A stretch of DNA of 64,000 nucleotides from a virus. Under the pieces are notes generated by a model that was not told the DNA's origin, ran no database searches, and saw only the letters and a list, made by a program, of their open reading frames with translations. The position numbers and the translations under genes are program-made. Of the stretch, positions 30,362 to 39,561 are shown in pieces. The first letter of the stretch is position 1. Each line of letters opens with the position of its first letter. Location: the IMG/VR virus record IMGVR_UViG_3300029922_000003. One strand, written 5' to 3'.

Positions 30362-31258
30362 TTATAGGGCTTGTGGAGCAGAATATTCAATTTGTTTAAC
30401 TTCCTGCTTGTCCTTTAATGACAACTCCCTCTCTTTATCTCCAATCATTTTCCTCACTGGATCATTATAGTCAAGACTAGAAGACACTTCCTTGATCCCA
30501 CCCCAAAGAGCTTTTCTGAAGTAATCCCCATTTGCGATAGCACCCTCTGCTGTTTTGTTTTGTTCAGCAATACTCATGGCATTGGTGAGAGAGATGTGCC
30601 GCTCAAAGTCACAAGGCCTCGCCTTCATAGTCATTCTTGCACCAAGTACAAACTCACTAGCCTGCATTTCAAGAGACTGCCTCATTGATTCAGATATCTT
30701 CTTTGAAACATCCGTAGCCACATTCATTCTCCTCTGTAGCAGGTTCCTTGAAATCTGCCACCCAAAGGCATACGAAAGTCCCAACCAAAGACAAGTAGCT
30801 GCAACATCTTCAGTAAGCTGCTCAGACTTATTGTATGGAGAAATAAGGGAGTAAATAAGTGTATCGCAATCCAAATACTCTTCTACATCAAAAAATAGCT
30901 TCAGGTAGCAATCAATATTCTTTCGTTTAGTCCTAAAGCTTTTTGCTATGTCTTCTATATTTTTACCGCCAAGAAACATAGCCTGTATTGTAGTCCCAAG
31001 CCCATTGTTAACATTGCCACAAAAACAGGAATATGCGTACCTGACCTCTGGGTAGTGACACGCACCATGTACAAGCAGTGAATAAAAATCTATGACATAC
31101 TTGTCGTCTTCCGATAGTGGTATTACAGATGGATTTTGCTCCCCACGCTGCTGAGCCTCTTGGTAAGCACGACGATACTCTAGCGCCTGCTGCGCCCTCC
31201 ATGCTGGTGTATAATTGGGGTCGGAACTAAAGTCCCGAGAGTACATCTTTATGCTCAT
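30362..31258 (-). CDS. Hypothetical protein
   Basis: 298 aa ORF; starts ATGA at the target site of the IS remnant. Confidence 0.7.
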   Translation of the reverse strand: MSIKMYSRDFSSDPNYTPAWRAQQALEYRRAYQEAQQRGEQNPSVIPLSEDDKYVIDFYSLLVHGACHYPEVRYAYSCFCGNVNNGLGTTIQAMFLGGKNIEDIAKSFRTKRKNIDCYLKLFFDVEEYLDCDTLIYSLISPYNKSEQLTEDVAATCLWLGLSYAFGWQISRNLLQRRMNVATDVSKKISESMRQSLEMQASEFVLGARMTMKARPCDFERHISLTNAMSIAEQNKTAEGAIANGDYFRKALWGGIKEVSSSLDYNDPVRKMIGDKERELSLKDKQEVKQIEYSAPQAL

Positions 31259-31505
31259 ACTAATTCGGATATTTATATGCGAAAACTGCGGCGAGCATTT
31301 GGACAGAGATCAGAATGCCGCGAAAAACATTCTTCAATTTGCCGGTGGACAGCCGGTTAAAGGACATGGAGAGCATATCAGTCACGCCAAGGCTTCGGCC
31401 TCGGCGCGCAATGCTCGTCGAAGTGTCAACCAACCTAGCTCTGCAAATGTCTAGCATATTTGTATTCAAGGAATCCCCGCGCCTTCAGGCCGGTGAGGAT
31501 GTCAA
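31259..31505 (+). mobile_element. Degenerate IS605-family remnant (tnpB 3' fragment, omega-RNA region, right end)
   Basis: Translates FICENCGEHLDRDQNAAKNIL (TnpB Zn finger/RuvC-III); right end GAAT-CCCCGCGCCTTCAGGCCGGTGAGGATG-TCAA; TCAT immediately left; no left-end hairpin seen. Confidence 0.85.
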
Positions 31506-33328
31506 CCGTGATTAGAATCATAGTACTTCTGATCCAGATCTGCAAGCTGAGTTGTTGCCCCATTATCTTTTAGCTTTCTATAAACATTCAACTTGTCTGC
31601 TGGAGACAACCCCTGAACCTGATTAGAGAAGCTATCTCCAAAGTATTTATTTAAGACTGGGCTCTGTGCAATCTGATCCATACGGCCACTGTCGCTAGTG
31701 TCGTACATATGGTCTCCCGCAATATTTAGGCCCTGTGTAGCAATAATATTGGGGGCATAATTGCCCACATGTTTAATCCCCCTAGTAAAAGCCCCATCAG
31801 CTGCATTTGGGGGGACCAGCTTGTGCTCTCCAATTATATGCCCAATACCTGGGGTGTTGTTTACATAATCCTTGGGCATATTAAGGACTCCTTTTGCAAC
31901 CCTTCCAGCAGCTTCAATCCCCTCACCAGCTCTATCCAAATTCATCAACCTAGCTCCGGCACCAATTGCTTTGGCACCAAGACCAAGCCCCTTACCCAAC
32001 ACACCAGCACCTGGAATGAAGTTGGCAATACCAAACGCAGCATCACCAGCGGCAGAAACTAACTTTCCAGCTCCACCTTGATAATCTCCTGAAGCAAGTA
32101 GTCCCATGGAGTTCTTTGCCTCTTGTCCTGCATTTAGGAATGGGTCAACGAACCACATCTTAGCCCCATCTCCAACTAGGGAGCCAGTGTCTTTTACTGC
32201 CTGCCAGGGGTCGTTAACAACTTCACTGCCGAAATTTCCTATGCTGGAACCTATGTTCTTCACGCCACTCCCGAGCATGCTCATAATCCCATGATCAGCA
32301 ATCTTTTCCTCTCCATACTTACCAGCAAAGTGTTTGGTCTCAAAATCTCTCCCGATAGCAGTTCCTGCAGCTGAACCAGCAGATGCTGCTAGAAGGGATT
32401 GAAGTAAAAATCCCTTTAGCCCGGCTTTGGTTGTTGGAGCTTTTCCCTCCAGAAACATTCTTTTTAGCCCATTCTTTACACTCGAGGATCTTCCAATCAA
32501 GTGAGCAATTGGACCAGCGGCAGTTCCACCAATAGAATATGGCTTAAGCTTGTTCTCGCTCTCCATCGAGCTCTCTCCATTCATAGGGGACCAAGACCCA
32601 GAAAGAGCACCACCCATCATGGGGATAGCAGATAGGCCTGAACCGATAAAATCAGATTGTTTGGTCATTGGATTGGCAGTATCTAGGGGAGGTGGCGTAG
32701 CTGGCTTTGGTAACATTGCATTGTGCTTGGCAATGTTTCTGGCTCCGTTAATGTCATTTAGATGCTCTTGGGAATCAAACATGGCCCTAGGCCCTTCCTC
32801 ATTTTGCTTTGTAATAGCATTCAATCCATTATAAATTCTAACACCCTTTCCAACAACATCTCCCACACCACTCCCGAAAGCACCTACTACTGCACCATAT
32901 GGACCACCAGTAGTATATCCACCAGCAGCACCAGAAATAACGCTTTTGCCAAAACCCTTCATTTCGTCAACGAAGCTAGATCCATCTCCCTTGGTTGGCA
33001 CAACATAGTCCAGCCCTTTTTGAGCAAGATACTGAGCCCCTATGCCAGCACCAATTCCCACTCCACCACGGACAAGTCCACTAGTGTTTTTCAATAGATT
33101 TGATCCTAAAACACCTCCACCACCATTTTGGAACGCTGAATTAATCGCTGAGCTTCCGGATACATTTGGCTTGTACTTAGCCGCAACAACATCTGAAATA
33201 ATGTTTGCACCGGCTCCAATAAGTTGGGCACTAGTACTCGATGCTTCTGTGCCTAGTGGGGCAACTTGACCTGGAGAGAGGGCGATCTTTTTAATCCCCT
33301 CAATATAGACTCTAGTTAGTCTGTCCAC
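31502..33328 (-). CDS. Gly-rich multi-module probable internal head/ejection protein
   Basis: 608 aa; leader MDRLTRVYIEGIKKIA; internal TKQSD and EKIAD; many Gly zippers. Confidence 0.7.
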   Translation of the reverse strand: MDRLTRVYIEGIKKIALSPGQVAPLGTEASSTSAQLIGAGANIISDVVAAKYKPNVSGSSAINSAFQNGGGGVLGSNLLKNTSGLVRGGVGIGAGIGAQYLAQKGLDYVVPTKGDGSSFVDEMKGFGKSVISGAAGGYTTGGPYGAVVGAFGSGVGDVVGKGVRIYNGLNAITKQNEEGPRAMFDSQEHLNDINGARNIAKHNAMLPKPATPPPLDTANPMTKQSDFIGSGLSAIPMMGGALSGSWSPMNGESSMESENKLKPYSIGGTAAGPIAHLIGRSSSVKNGLKRMFLEGKAPTTKAGLKGFLLQSLLAASAGSAAGTAIGRDFETKHFAGKYGEEKIADHGIMSMLGSGVKNIGSSIGNFGSEVVNDPWQAVKDTGSLVGDGAKMWFVDPFLNAGQEAKNSMGLLASGDYQGGAGKLVSAAGDAAFGIANFIPGAGVLGKGLGLGAKAIGAGARLMNLDRAGEGIEAAGRVAKGVLNMPKDYVNNTPGIGHIIGEHKLVPPNAADGAFTRGIKHVGNYAPNIIATQGLNIAGDHMYDTSDSGRMDQIAQSPVLNKYFGDSFSNQVQGLSPADKLNVYRKLKDNGATTQLADLDQKYYDSNHG

Positions 33329-33331
33329 GGA

Positions 33332-34711
33332 TTATGCTCCTGGCAAGAATGATGTATTTCTATAATCTTGGTGCTGGCCTAAGGTCCCCTGAAAAAGATG
33401 CTTCATGGAATCACCAGCTCTTCCAATTGCATTGGAGGCAGTACCCTCTACCCCACCATACTGACTATTGGGCCTCACATTCTGCTGAGGGGGAGGGGCA
33501 ATCTGGGACTGAGGGGCAAGAGTTGGTCTAGTAGATTCTATTGGAGCAGAGGATCGAGGCTTGTTCAGCAAGGCTCTTGCTTGATCGTTCTGTGCCTGAG
33601 AGTCGGCAAGTAATTTACTTAGCCCATTATCTCCAGCAGGAGCAGCAGGCTGAGTAACCCCTTGATTAAATGGCTTACTAAAAGGATTTTCTCCAAACGA
33701 TCCACCTGGTGTTCCACCGGCTTGTGATGTGGCAGGATTAGGGGCTAGATTGGGAATTGAACCATCGGATAGAGCAGTGGCACCAGCAATACCAGCAATA
33801 CCAGCAACTGGCAGTGCCGAAACACCTTTGCCAAGAATCCCCTTGTTGGGCATAGGCTTGGCACCAGTTTGAGGTTCTGGAGCGGTTGCCTTGGGGGCGG
33901 TAGGATCTGGAGCGGTTGCCTTGGGGGCGGTAGGATCTGGAGCTGCTGCTACTTCAGGAGCTGCTGGCCTAGCATTAGGGTCAAGCGTTGGCTTAAATGG
34001 ACGACCTGCAATCGCGGCCTCTCTCTCTGACCCAGGATGAACATATTCAGGCAATGAGCTACCAGATTCCTGTAATTGCTTCAACTTAGTAGCAGCAGCG
34101 TTAGCACCAGAGGCCCTATTGATTCCAGTCCCAGTCGTAAGACCAGAGTTGGGCATCTCTAGTAGTTCCCCAGGGGTCATGATGGCGTTTGGCATATGCT
34201 GACTCGCAGGAACACCCCACTCTGAAGCACGAGTACTCAGAAATGGAGTTTTGGGTAGTGGCCTACCAGCAGATGGAGATATAGACGCAACAGATGGAGC
34301 CGGAGCAGCAGCGGCGGCTGGGGCTGCAGGAGCAGGAGCAGGCTTCGCTCCTCCAGCTCCCATCTCTGGCGAGGCAGCGAATGGAGCAGGTTTTACTGCG
34401 CCGGTTGCTACTGCTGGTGCAGCATCTGGTACCAAACTATCTGCGGCGGCGGTAAGTGGCTTTATCTTATTGGCTATTGCATTAGCCCCCCAATTAATCA
34501 CCCCCTTTGAGTTGTTCCAAATGGAATGTCCAACATCACTAGCTAGTCCACCAAAACCCTTAGTGGCTGCTCCAACCCACTTAGAGGTCTGTGGAAGATG
34601 ACTAAGCGCATACCTGCCAGCCACCTCCGCTCCGTCCGCTAATGCAGTACCCAGACCAGCGGCAACTTTGTTGTGTACTTCACCAAAATATAGTTTTGCG
34701 TATTTATTCAT
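33332..34711 (-). CDS. MNKYA-leader Pro/Ala-rich protein
   Basis: True start ATG 34711 (MNKYAKLYFGEVHNKVAAG), 1 nt after upstream stop. Confidence 0.75.
   Translation of the reverse strand: MNKYAKLYFGEVHNKVAAGLGTALADGAEVAGRYALSHLPQTSKWVGAATKGFGGLASDVGHSIWNNSKGVINWGANAIANKIKPLTAAADSLVPDAAPAVATGAVKPAPFAASPEMGAGGAKPAPAPAAPAAAAAPAPSVASISPSAGRPLPKTPFLSTRASEWGVPASQHMPNAIMTPGELLEMPNSGLTTGTGINRASGANAAATKLKQLQESGSSLPEYVHPGSEREAAIAGRPFKPTLDPNARPAAPEVAAAPDPTAPKATAPDPTAPKATAPEPQTGAKPMPNKGILGKGVSALPVAGIAGIAGATALSDGSIPNLAPNPATSQAGGTPGGSFGENPFSKPFNQGVTQPAAPAGDNGLSKLLADSQAQNDQARALLNKPRSSAPIESTRPTLAPQSQIAPPPQQNVRPNSQYGGVEGTASNAIGRAGDSMKHLFQGTLGQHQDYRNTSFLPGA
33876..33943. repeat. Perfect 30-bp tandem repeat (about 2.3 copies)
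   Basis: TCTGGAGCGGTTGCCTTGGGGGCGGTAGGA x2 + TCTGGAGC, encoding APDPTAPKAT repeats. Confidence 0.9.
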
Positions 34712-34712
34712 A

Positions 34713-36956
34713 TTATTCGAGAACGTCAGTCTGTCCTGTGGAGCTTTCAACAGCCTTCTGTTTCAAGAACAGAACAACCTTGGAGGTAGACTTGATGGTA
34801 GACAGAATCAGATCCTCGAAGTCGGCCATTTCGTCAATTCCATACTCGTCAGCAAATTCAGCATTGTGCCAATAGAACAGAAGAATGAGTCGGCACATAC
34901 GGTCAAGGTTATCAACCAGCTCTGGGATGTAATCCGCAACAATCGCTTGAGAGCGAGAAGTACGAACCATCACACCGATCATAGCTGGATCAAAGACCTG
35001 ACGGGAGTTGCTGTCGCTTGCTCTCTGTAGGAAGTCGATGTCGTCAGCAGATGGTTGATTCCAGTCTCCGATGCCCTGCTCTGTGGCAGGCTGAGGCCCT
35101 GTGCTGGCTGGTATCATCTCCTGACGTTCAGCCTGTTCTGTCTGCTCTGGAGTCCCATCTCGCCCAGCGCCCATGTACCCCTGAGGGTCCATCATGTCTG
35201 GATAAGCAAACTTAACTTGAGAGCGGGGTAGGGTCCATCCTGTAGCTCTTCCAGCTTTCTTTTCAAAAATTTCAGCGGCAAACTTTTCAGCAGCACTCTC
35301 TGAGAGGTTGGCTCGGCTCATGAGGTCTAGGACAACTTCTCCGCGCTCACGGAAGGTCTTGCTCACATCATAGAGACAAACCTTAACATCGAAGCTGGCG
35401 GACTTCTCAATAACCACCATTGCTCCGTCATTGGAGGATAGGGCAGAATATAGAGCAGCGTCGCAACCTGGCTCAACAAGGTCTGTAATCTCATGCCCCT
35501 GCTCCATGCTAGAGAAGTCATGTGCGTTCTTAAGTTCAACAACCTTTGCGTCCTTAGGAACATAAACGATGTGCCTGGAGTATTCAACTGGGCCTGTTTC
35601 TCTGTCTACAAGCTTAATAGAGATTTTGCTGTCGTGGTCCTCATCAGAATAATCTTCTGAGTAGCATCCATAACTAGGGCTACCTGCATCTCTAAGTAGC
35701 CAATGAGATGGATAGCTGATGTGCTCCTGACGACCAACAAAAGTAACCTTACCCTTGTCTGTAGTCTTGTTGATAACCTTAAATGGGCCGTAGACTCCAA
35801 GCTTTGAATCAATGATCACATAGGTTTTGCCAACCTCTGCGTCTTTGACCTTTTCTCCACTCTTGTCCAAAATCTCGGACTTTGCATCCTCTTCGATCTT
35901 ATCTGTTGAAACTCCACTTCGGAAATAAACTGGCTGCTTAGACCAGTTATGTGCCCCGGTCTTAGGGTCAATTACAAGCTGGGGCTCAAACCCCTTGGAG
36001 TTGTGAACGCGGCGACCACTAATAGGTGATACATTAACAAACACCAGGGCTTTAACAAGCTGGGAGTTTTTGTTGAGAATCTGATAGTAACCACTCTCTG
36101 TGACTTGGTTGAATTCCTTTCGGAAGTCTCCGAGGTAGAGGTCGCTCTTCTCCTCTTCTGCACGCAAATCTTTGATGGAGTAGCCCTTAGAGACAACCTT
36201 CTCCTTTTCTTTGCTGTCCATGTCGCAATAGTCTTCTGGGCAACCCATTATGTCACTAGAGCTAACAAGGGTGATAGTTTTAACACTGCGCTTGTTTGTC
36301 TCAACGCCTGACTGATTGGCAGCAATCTTGTCTGCGGGGAACTGAATTTTTAGATCATCAAGATTGTAGATGTTAGATACAGCCTGGAAGATCCTTGGCT
36401 CATCCGTAGCCATCTTTACAAAATTCTTATATGTATTCCAACCAGCCTGCTTGAGGAAGTCAACCAGATCGTGCTCTGGTTTAGATAGAGCAATCTTGGT
36501 GTCGATGAAGTCTTCGACAGAGAGATCGAACATGTTCTCGACAGAAGCAGCCTTGCTGTTTGCACTAGCAGGAGGGCGGGAGAAGATACGAAGGGAGTTG
36601 TTTGTTTCTCCGCTAGTGTTCTTGCTCTTGCTGTCAGAAGGGCCTCCGATGTCGGTTGGGTTCTGAGAAGCAATGTAGTTCACCCACTGTTCGTTGTTAG
36701 CAACAAAGGTGTCGGTATTTTTAAGATACATAACCTCCATGCCGCGAACCTTGCCATTTAGGAAGAATACTGGAATATAAATTAACTGGCCACCGATCTT
36801 AAACCCCATAATTCCAGCAGCCCTAGTCCCATCATCGTTCTTGTCGATGAGATCGAAACCGAGGTAGTAATTAAGAAGATTAGGATTCTTTTCTGAGACC
36901 TGAGAAACCGCAATTTCTGCTAGGTTTGTTTCGACTTGTTGGAGTGGAGATGGCAT
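34713..36956 (-). CDS. Large K-x-A-containing hypothetical virion protein
   Basis: 747 aa; KAAS, KIAL, KMAT, KIAA, KSAS, KFAY. Confidence 0.65.
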   Translation of the reverse strand: MPSPLQQVETNLAEIAVSQVSEKNPNLLNYYLGFDLIDKNDDGTRAAGIMGFKIGGQLIYIPVFFLNGKVRGMEVMYLKNTDTFVANNEQWVNYIASQNPTDIGGPSDSKSKNTSGETNNSLRIFSRPPASANSKAASVENMFDLSVEDFIDTKIALSKPEHDLVDFLKQAGWNTYKNFVKMATDEPRIFQAVSNIYNLDDLKIQFPADKIAANQSGVETNKRSVKTITLVSSSDIMGCPEDYCDMDSKEKEKVVSKGYSIKDLRAEEEKSDLYLGDFRKEFNQVTESGYYQILNKNSQLVKALVFVNVSPISGRRVHNSKGFEPQLVIDPKTGAHNWSKQPVYFRSGVSTDKIEEDAKSEILDKSGEKVKDAEVGKTYVIIDSKLGVYGPFKVINKTTDKGKVTFVGRQEHISYPSHWLLRDAGSPSYGCYSEDYSDEDHDSKISIKLVDRETGPVEYSRHIVYVPKDAKVVELKNAHDFSSMEQGHEITDLVEPGCDAALYSALSSNDGAMVVIEKSASFDVKVCLYDVSKTFRERGEVVLDLMSRANLSESAAEKFAAEIFEKKAGRATGWTLPRSQVKFAYPDMMDPQGYMGAGRDGTPEQTEQAERQEMIPASTGPQPATEQGIGDWNQPSADDIDFLQRASDSNSRQVFDPAMIGVMVRTSRSQAIVADYIPELVDNLDRMCRLILLFYWHNAEFADEYGIDEMADFEDLILSTIKSTSKVVLFLKQKAVESSTGQTDVLE

Positions 36957-37034
36957 GGTTTGAGATTATTGTGCACTAACAGTGATCGGCATAAAAGGTA
37001 TTTCTTTTCCTATCTTAGCTGGCAGCTAAAAAAA

Positions 37035-37059
37035 AGCAAGCGAGAAAACCTCGCTTGCT
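37035..37059. terminator. Bidirectional-type terminator hairpin
   Basis: AGCAAGCGAG/CTCGCTTGCT 10-bp stem flanked by A-run and T-run. Confidence 0.85.
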
Positions 37060-37070
37060 CTTTTTTGAAC

Positions 37071-37295
37071 CTACTCCTCCTTCTTGGCTCCCTTTCGGTT
37101 GCCGAAGTGGCCCATCCTCATGGGGGTCTTTCCTTGAACGCCAGATTTCTCAAGTCGCTCGTTCATCTTTTCCTTCATCTTAGTGGTATCTACACCCCCA
37201 CGGCGATCAGGAGCATACCCCTCCTCGATTGCTATGGAAACGCAGGATCCATTTTGCTTTCGTGCACCAAGTTGGTTTAGCTCGTCGTATTCCAT
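37071..37295 (-). CDS. Small hypothetical protein
   Basis: 74 aa, ends just before terminator. Confidence 0.5.
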   Translation of the reverse strand: MEYDELNQLGARKQNGSCVSIAIEEGYAPDRRGGVDTTKMKEKMNERLEKSGVQGKTPMRMGHFGNRKGAKKEE

Positions 37296-37300
37296 AATGG

Positions 37301-37486
37301 TTATCGACGGTTTGCCCTCTTGGACATCTTGGCCATCTTACGACGACCTTTTTCGTATCGCTTGGTCTTAGTGACCGACTTGCCGGAGCCATAACCTCCG
37401 GTATTCGACCACCTCTTAGCGACCTTGATGCCGGGGACTGATGCGGATGCTGCCAATCCAAATATGACTGCGAGTAGTTTACTCAT
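37301..37486 (-). CDS. Small basic protein with hydrophobic N-terminus
   Basis: MSKLLAVIFGLAASAS then Lys/Arg-rich. Confidence 0.55.
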   Translation of the reverse strand: MSKLLAVIFGLAASASVPGIKVAKRWSNTGGYGSGKSVTKTKRYEKGRRKMAKMSKRANRR

Positions 37487-37697
37487 TTGTGCTTGTTGGG
37501 TTGTTTGTTGTGTTTTTGTTTAGTAGAGCTGCACCCGCAGCTCCCAATGCATAGATTGCTATCAATATAACTACACCGAACGCCACCATGGCTAATCCGG
37601 CTACGATGTTTATAAAGGCAGTGATGACTATACCGACTACGTAGATCGCAAGAATCACTAGTCCGATGCTTGTTGCGATTTTTACTAATGTATTCAC
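37479..37697 (-). CDS. 72-aa two-TM membrane protein
   Basis: GTG 37697 in GTGA overlap; long hydrophobic stretch. Confidence 0.65.
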   Translation of the reverse strand: MNTLVKIATSIGLVILAIYVVGIVITAFINIVAGLAMVAFGVVILIAIYALGAAGAALLNKNTTNNPTSTNE

Positions 37698-37951
37698 TTT
37701 TTTGTTATGTAGTGGATGTTTATACCGATTGATGTTGCCAATACGATAGGTAGAATGACGCAAAAAGCAATGACATTGATTTTCACGTAATCCATTCCAC
37801 CTGGAGTATATGGGTCCAAAATTTCTGCAGTTCTCTGTAGCCCTCTCACACACATATCAAATGGTGTGTCGAATGGCCCAGCAACAGATTCATCATCTTC
37901 CTTGACCGGCTTCCTTTTTGCTATTGGCTTCTTAGCCTTTTTTGTTGCCAT
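37694..37951 (-). CDS. 85-aa protein with C-terminal TM helix
   Basis: Likely start ATG 37951 (MATKKAKK); VIAFCVILPIVLATSIGINI. Confidence 0.65.
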   Translation of the reverse strand: MATKKAKKPIAKRKPVKEDDESVAGPFDTPFDMCVRGLQRTAEILDPYTPGGMDYVKINVIAFCVILPIVLATSIGINIHYITKK

Positions 37952-38072
37952 TTTTATTTTTAGGGTTAGACGGTTCGATCCCAGGAATATGGGGGCAAGA
38001 AACAAAGACAGCGGAAATGATTACGCCCCCTATCGCGAGGGCAAGTGCTGACATACCAATAAGTATTCTCAT
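37932..38072 (-). CDS. 46-aa lipoprotein-like peptide
   Basis: Not in ORF track. MRILIGMSALALAIGGVIISAVFVSCPHIPGIEPSNPKNKNGNKKG; lipobox-like FVSC. Confidence 0.55.
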   Translation of the reverse strand: MRILIGMSALALAIGGVIISAVFVSCPHIPGIEPSNPKNKNGNKKG

Positions 38073-38112
38073 ATAATGGTGGTTGTTAGTAGCTATTCAA
38101 ATAATAGCTATA

Positions 38113-38133
38113 TCCATTATATTATGCCCGAAA
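38113..38133 (-). promoter_or_regulatory. Candidate phage promoter motif, copy A
   Basis: TTTCGGGCATAATATAATGGA on minus strand, upstream of small-gene cassette. Confidence 0.45.
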
Positions 38134-38154
38134 GTGGGCTTAAATTACCTACCC

Positions 38155-39528
38155 TTACTTGTCAGCCCAATCATCTATCTCTTGGGTCTCACTAGGGTCT
38201 TCTAGCAAGTCATCTTCTGGAGAAGTGTAAATTCTCTTGCCCAAGTTGATCCCTTTGGGGTCAAAATCTTTTTTCCCGAGCATTGATACGAGCTGCGCCC
38301 TGATCTTAGCCTTCCTGCCTGCATTACCAGTCATATCTATATTAGAGATATAATTGTTTACATTTGTACGATCAGTATTGTTTGATTTGGCTATTAGGTC
38401 CCTAATGTCTGTGCCGTCAGATGGGTTCTTATAGAACGAATCATCAAGTGATCCAAGCTCCCCTTTGTACTTAGAGAGTGCCTCACCCTGGGAAATAGTT
38501 TTGCCCTCTATGGCACTTGGCTGAGTAAACATATTGGCAATTCCTCTAAGGAGATTTGTCCCACTGTCTATCTTATTGCCGTCCCCCAATCCAATATCCC
38601 ATTCGTCTCTGTAGGTGCCATCTGGGGCGATGTGATATCCCCCCATCGTAGACTGTGTCGCAAATAGCGGATTGCCTGCTACGGCCTTGTTACCAACGTA
38701 ATCTCTCGTACCATGTGCTGTGCCGAACCCTTCCTGCAGATTCTCTTTCACCTCATTTATTGCATACCTTCCTCTTGGGTCATTAGGATTAAATCCGTAC
38801 ACCTTACTACCACTAGGCTCCACCCTACTCAGATTTAATGCGCCAAGCGATTGTTCTCTAGCCGGAAGGTCGAACATGTCTCTATACATCTGATGCCTAG
38901 CCCCCATTCTGTAGATAGAATCCTTGTCACCATACCCAGCAGATCCAAAGTTCCATGCACCACTCTCTGGGCTATTCACTACATGATCCATTGGCTGATC
39001 TTTTAAAAAGGCCCTTAGGTAATCCATGGGCTTTGATCCAGCAACATTCTTGGCGTGCTCCTCCGCCTCATAGGAAATAGGTACAATGGAGTTGGTCATA
39101 GCCCTTCCAATGCCACGCTGGATCACCTTTGGTAAGAATCTACCAGCCAGAGCGCCAGGAACTGCCCCCTCAGCAAATCCACTTCCAATAGATTGACTTA
39201 TGGACTTTGCCTTGCTCATTGTGTCTTCATCGCTAGAAAGTATACTTGGGGTATTTGCCACTCCAGATATACCAGCCCCAAGGGTGCCCATGCCCACAGC
39301 CCCACCAATTGTATTTTTTAGCTGATTGGTCTTGTCTACCAAACTGTATTGACTAATTCCCCTAAGCTTCTGCTCTAGTCCTGGGTTTTCCCCAATCGCC
39401 CTACCCACAGAATCAAATGCCTTAAATCCTCCAGAGGTAATAGCGGGAATGGCTTTTGATAAAATCTCTGCGACCCCCGCCAACTTTGTAGTCACCTCAC
39501 TGAAGTAGGTATGGGCGTATTTGTTCAT
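38155..39528 (-). CDS. MNKYA-leader protein with Gly-zipper and globular C-terminal domain
   Basis: Starts MNKYAHTYFSEVTTKLAG. Confidence 0.75.
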   Translation of the reverse strand: MNKYAHTYFSEVTTKLAGVAEILSKAIPAITSGGFKAFDSVGRAIGENPGLEQKLRGISQYSLVDKTNQLKNTIGGAVGMGTLGAGISGVANTPSILSSDEDTMSKAKSISQSIGSGFAEGAVPGALAGRFLPKVIQRGIGRAMTNSIVPISYEAEEHAKNVAGSKPMDYLRAFLKDQPMDHVVNSPESGAWNFGSAGYGDKDSIYRMGARHQMYRDMFDLPAREQSLGALNLSRVEPSGSKVYGFNPNDPRGRYAINEVKENLQEGFGTAHGTRDYVGNKAVAGNPLFATQSTMGGYHIAPDGTYRDEWDIGLGDGNKIDSGTNLLRGIANMFTQPSAIEGKTISQGEALSKYKGELGSLDDSFYKNPSDGTDIRDLIAKSNNTDRTNVNNYISNIDMTGNAGRKAKIRAQLVSMLGKKDFDPKGINLGKRIYTSPEDDLLEDPSETQEIDDWADK

Positions 39529-39561
39529 GGATTTTTAAATATTATCTATTAATATAGAGAA

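Noticed and set aside
34711-34750. 13-aa N-terminal extension given by the ORF track
   Set aside because: Overlaps the upstream gene; ATG 34711 gives the MNKYA leader with normal 1-nt spacing
34713-36956. Calling this or neighbours portal or terminase
   Set aside because: No Walker/nuclease motifs or recognisable portal features; left unassigned
37960-38035. GGTTCGATCC T-loop-like sequence and GGGGGC/GCCCCC pairing
   Set aside because: No T-stem or acceptor stem; better explained by the 46-aa minus-strand ORF
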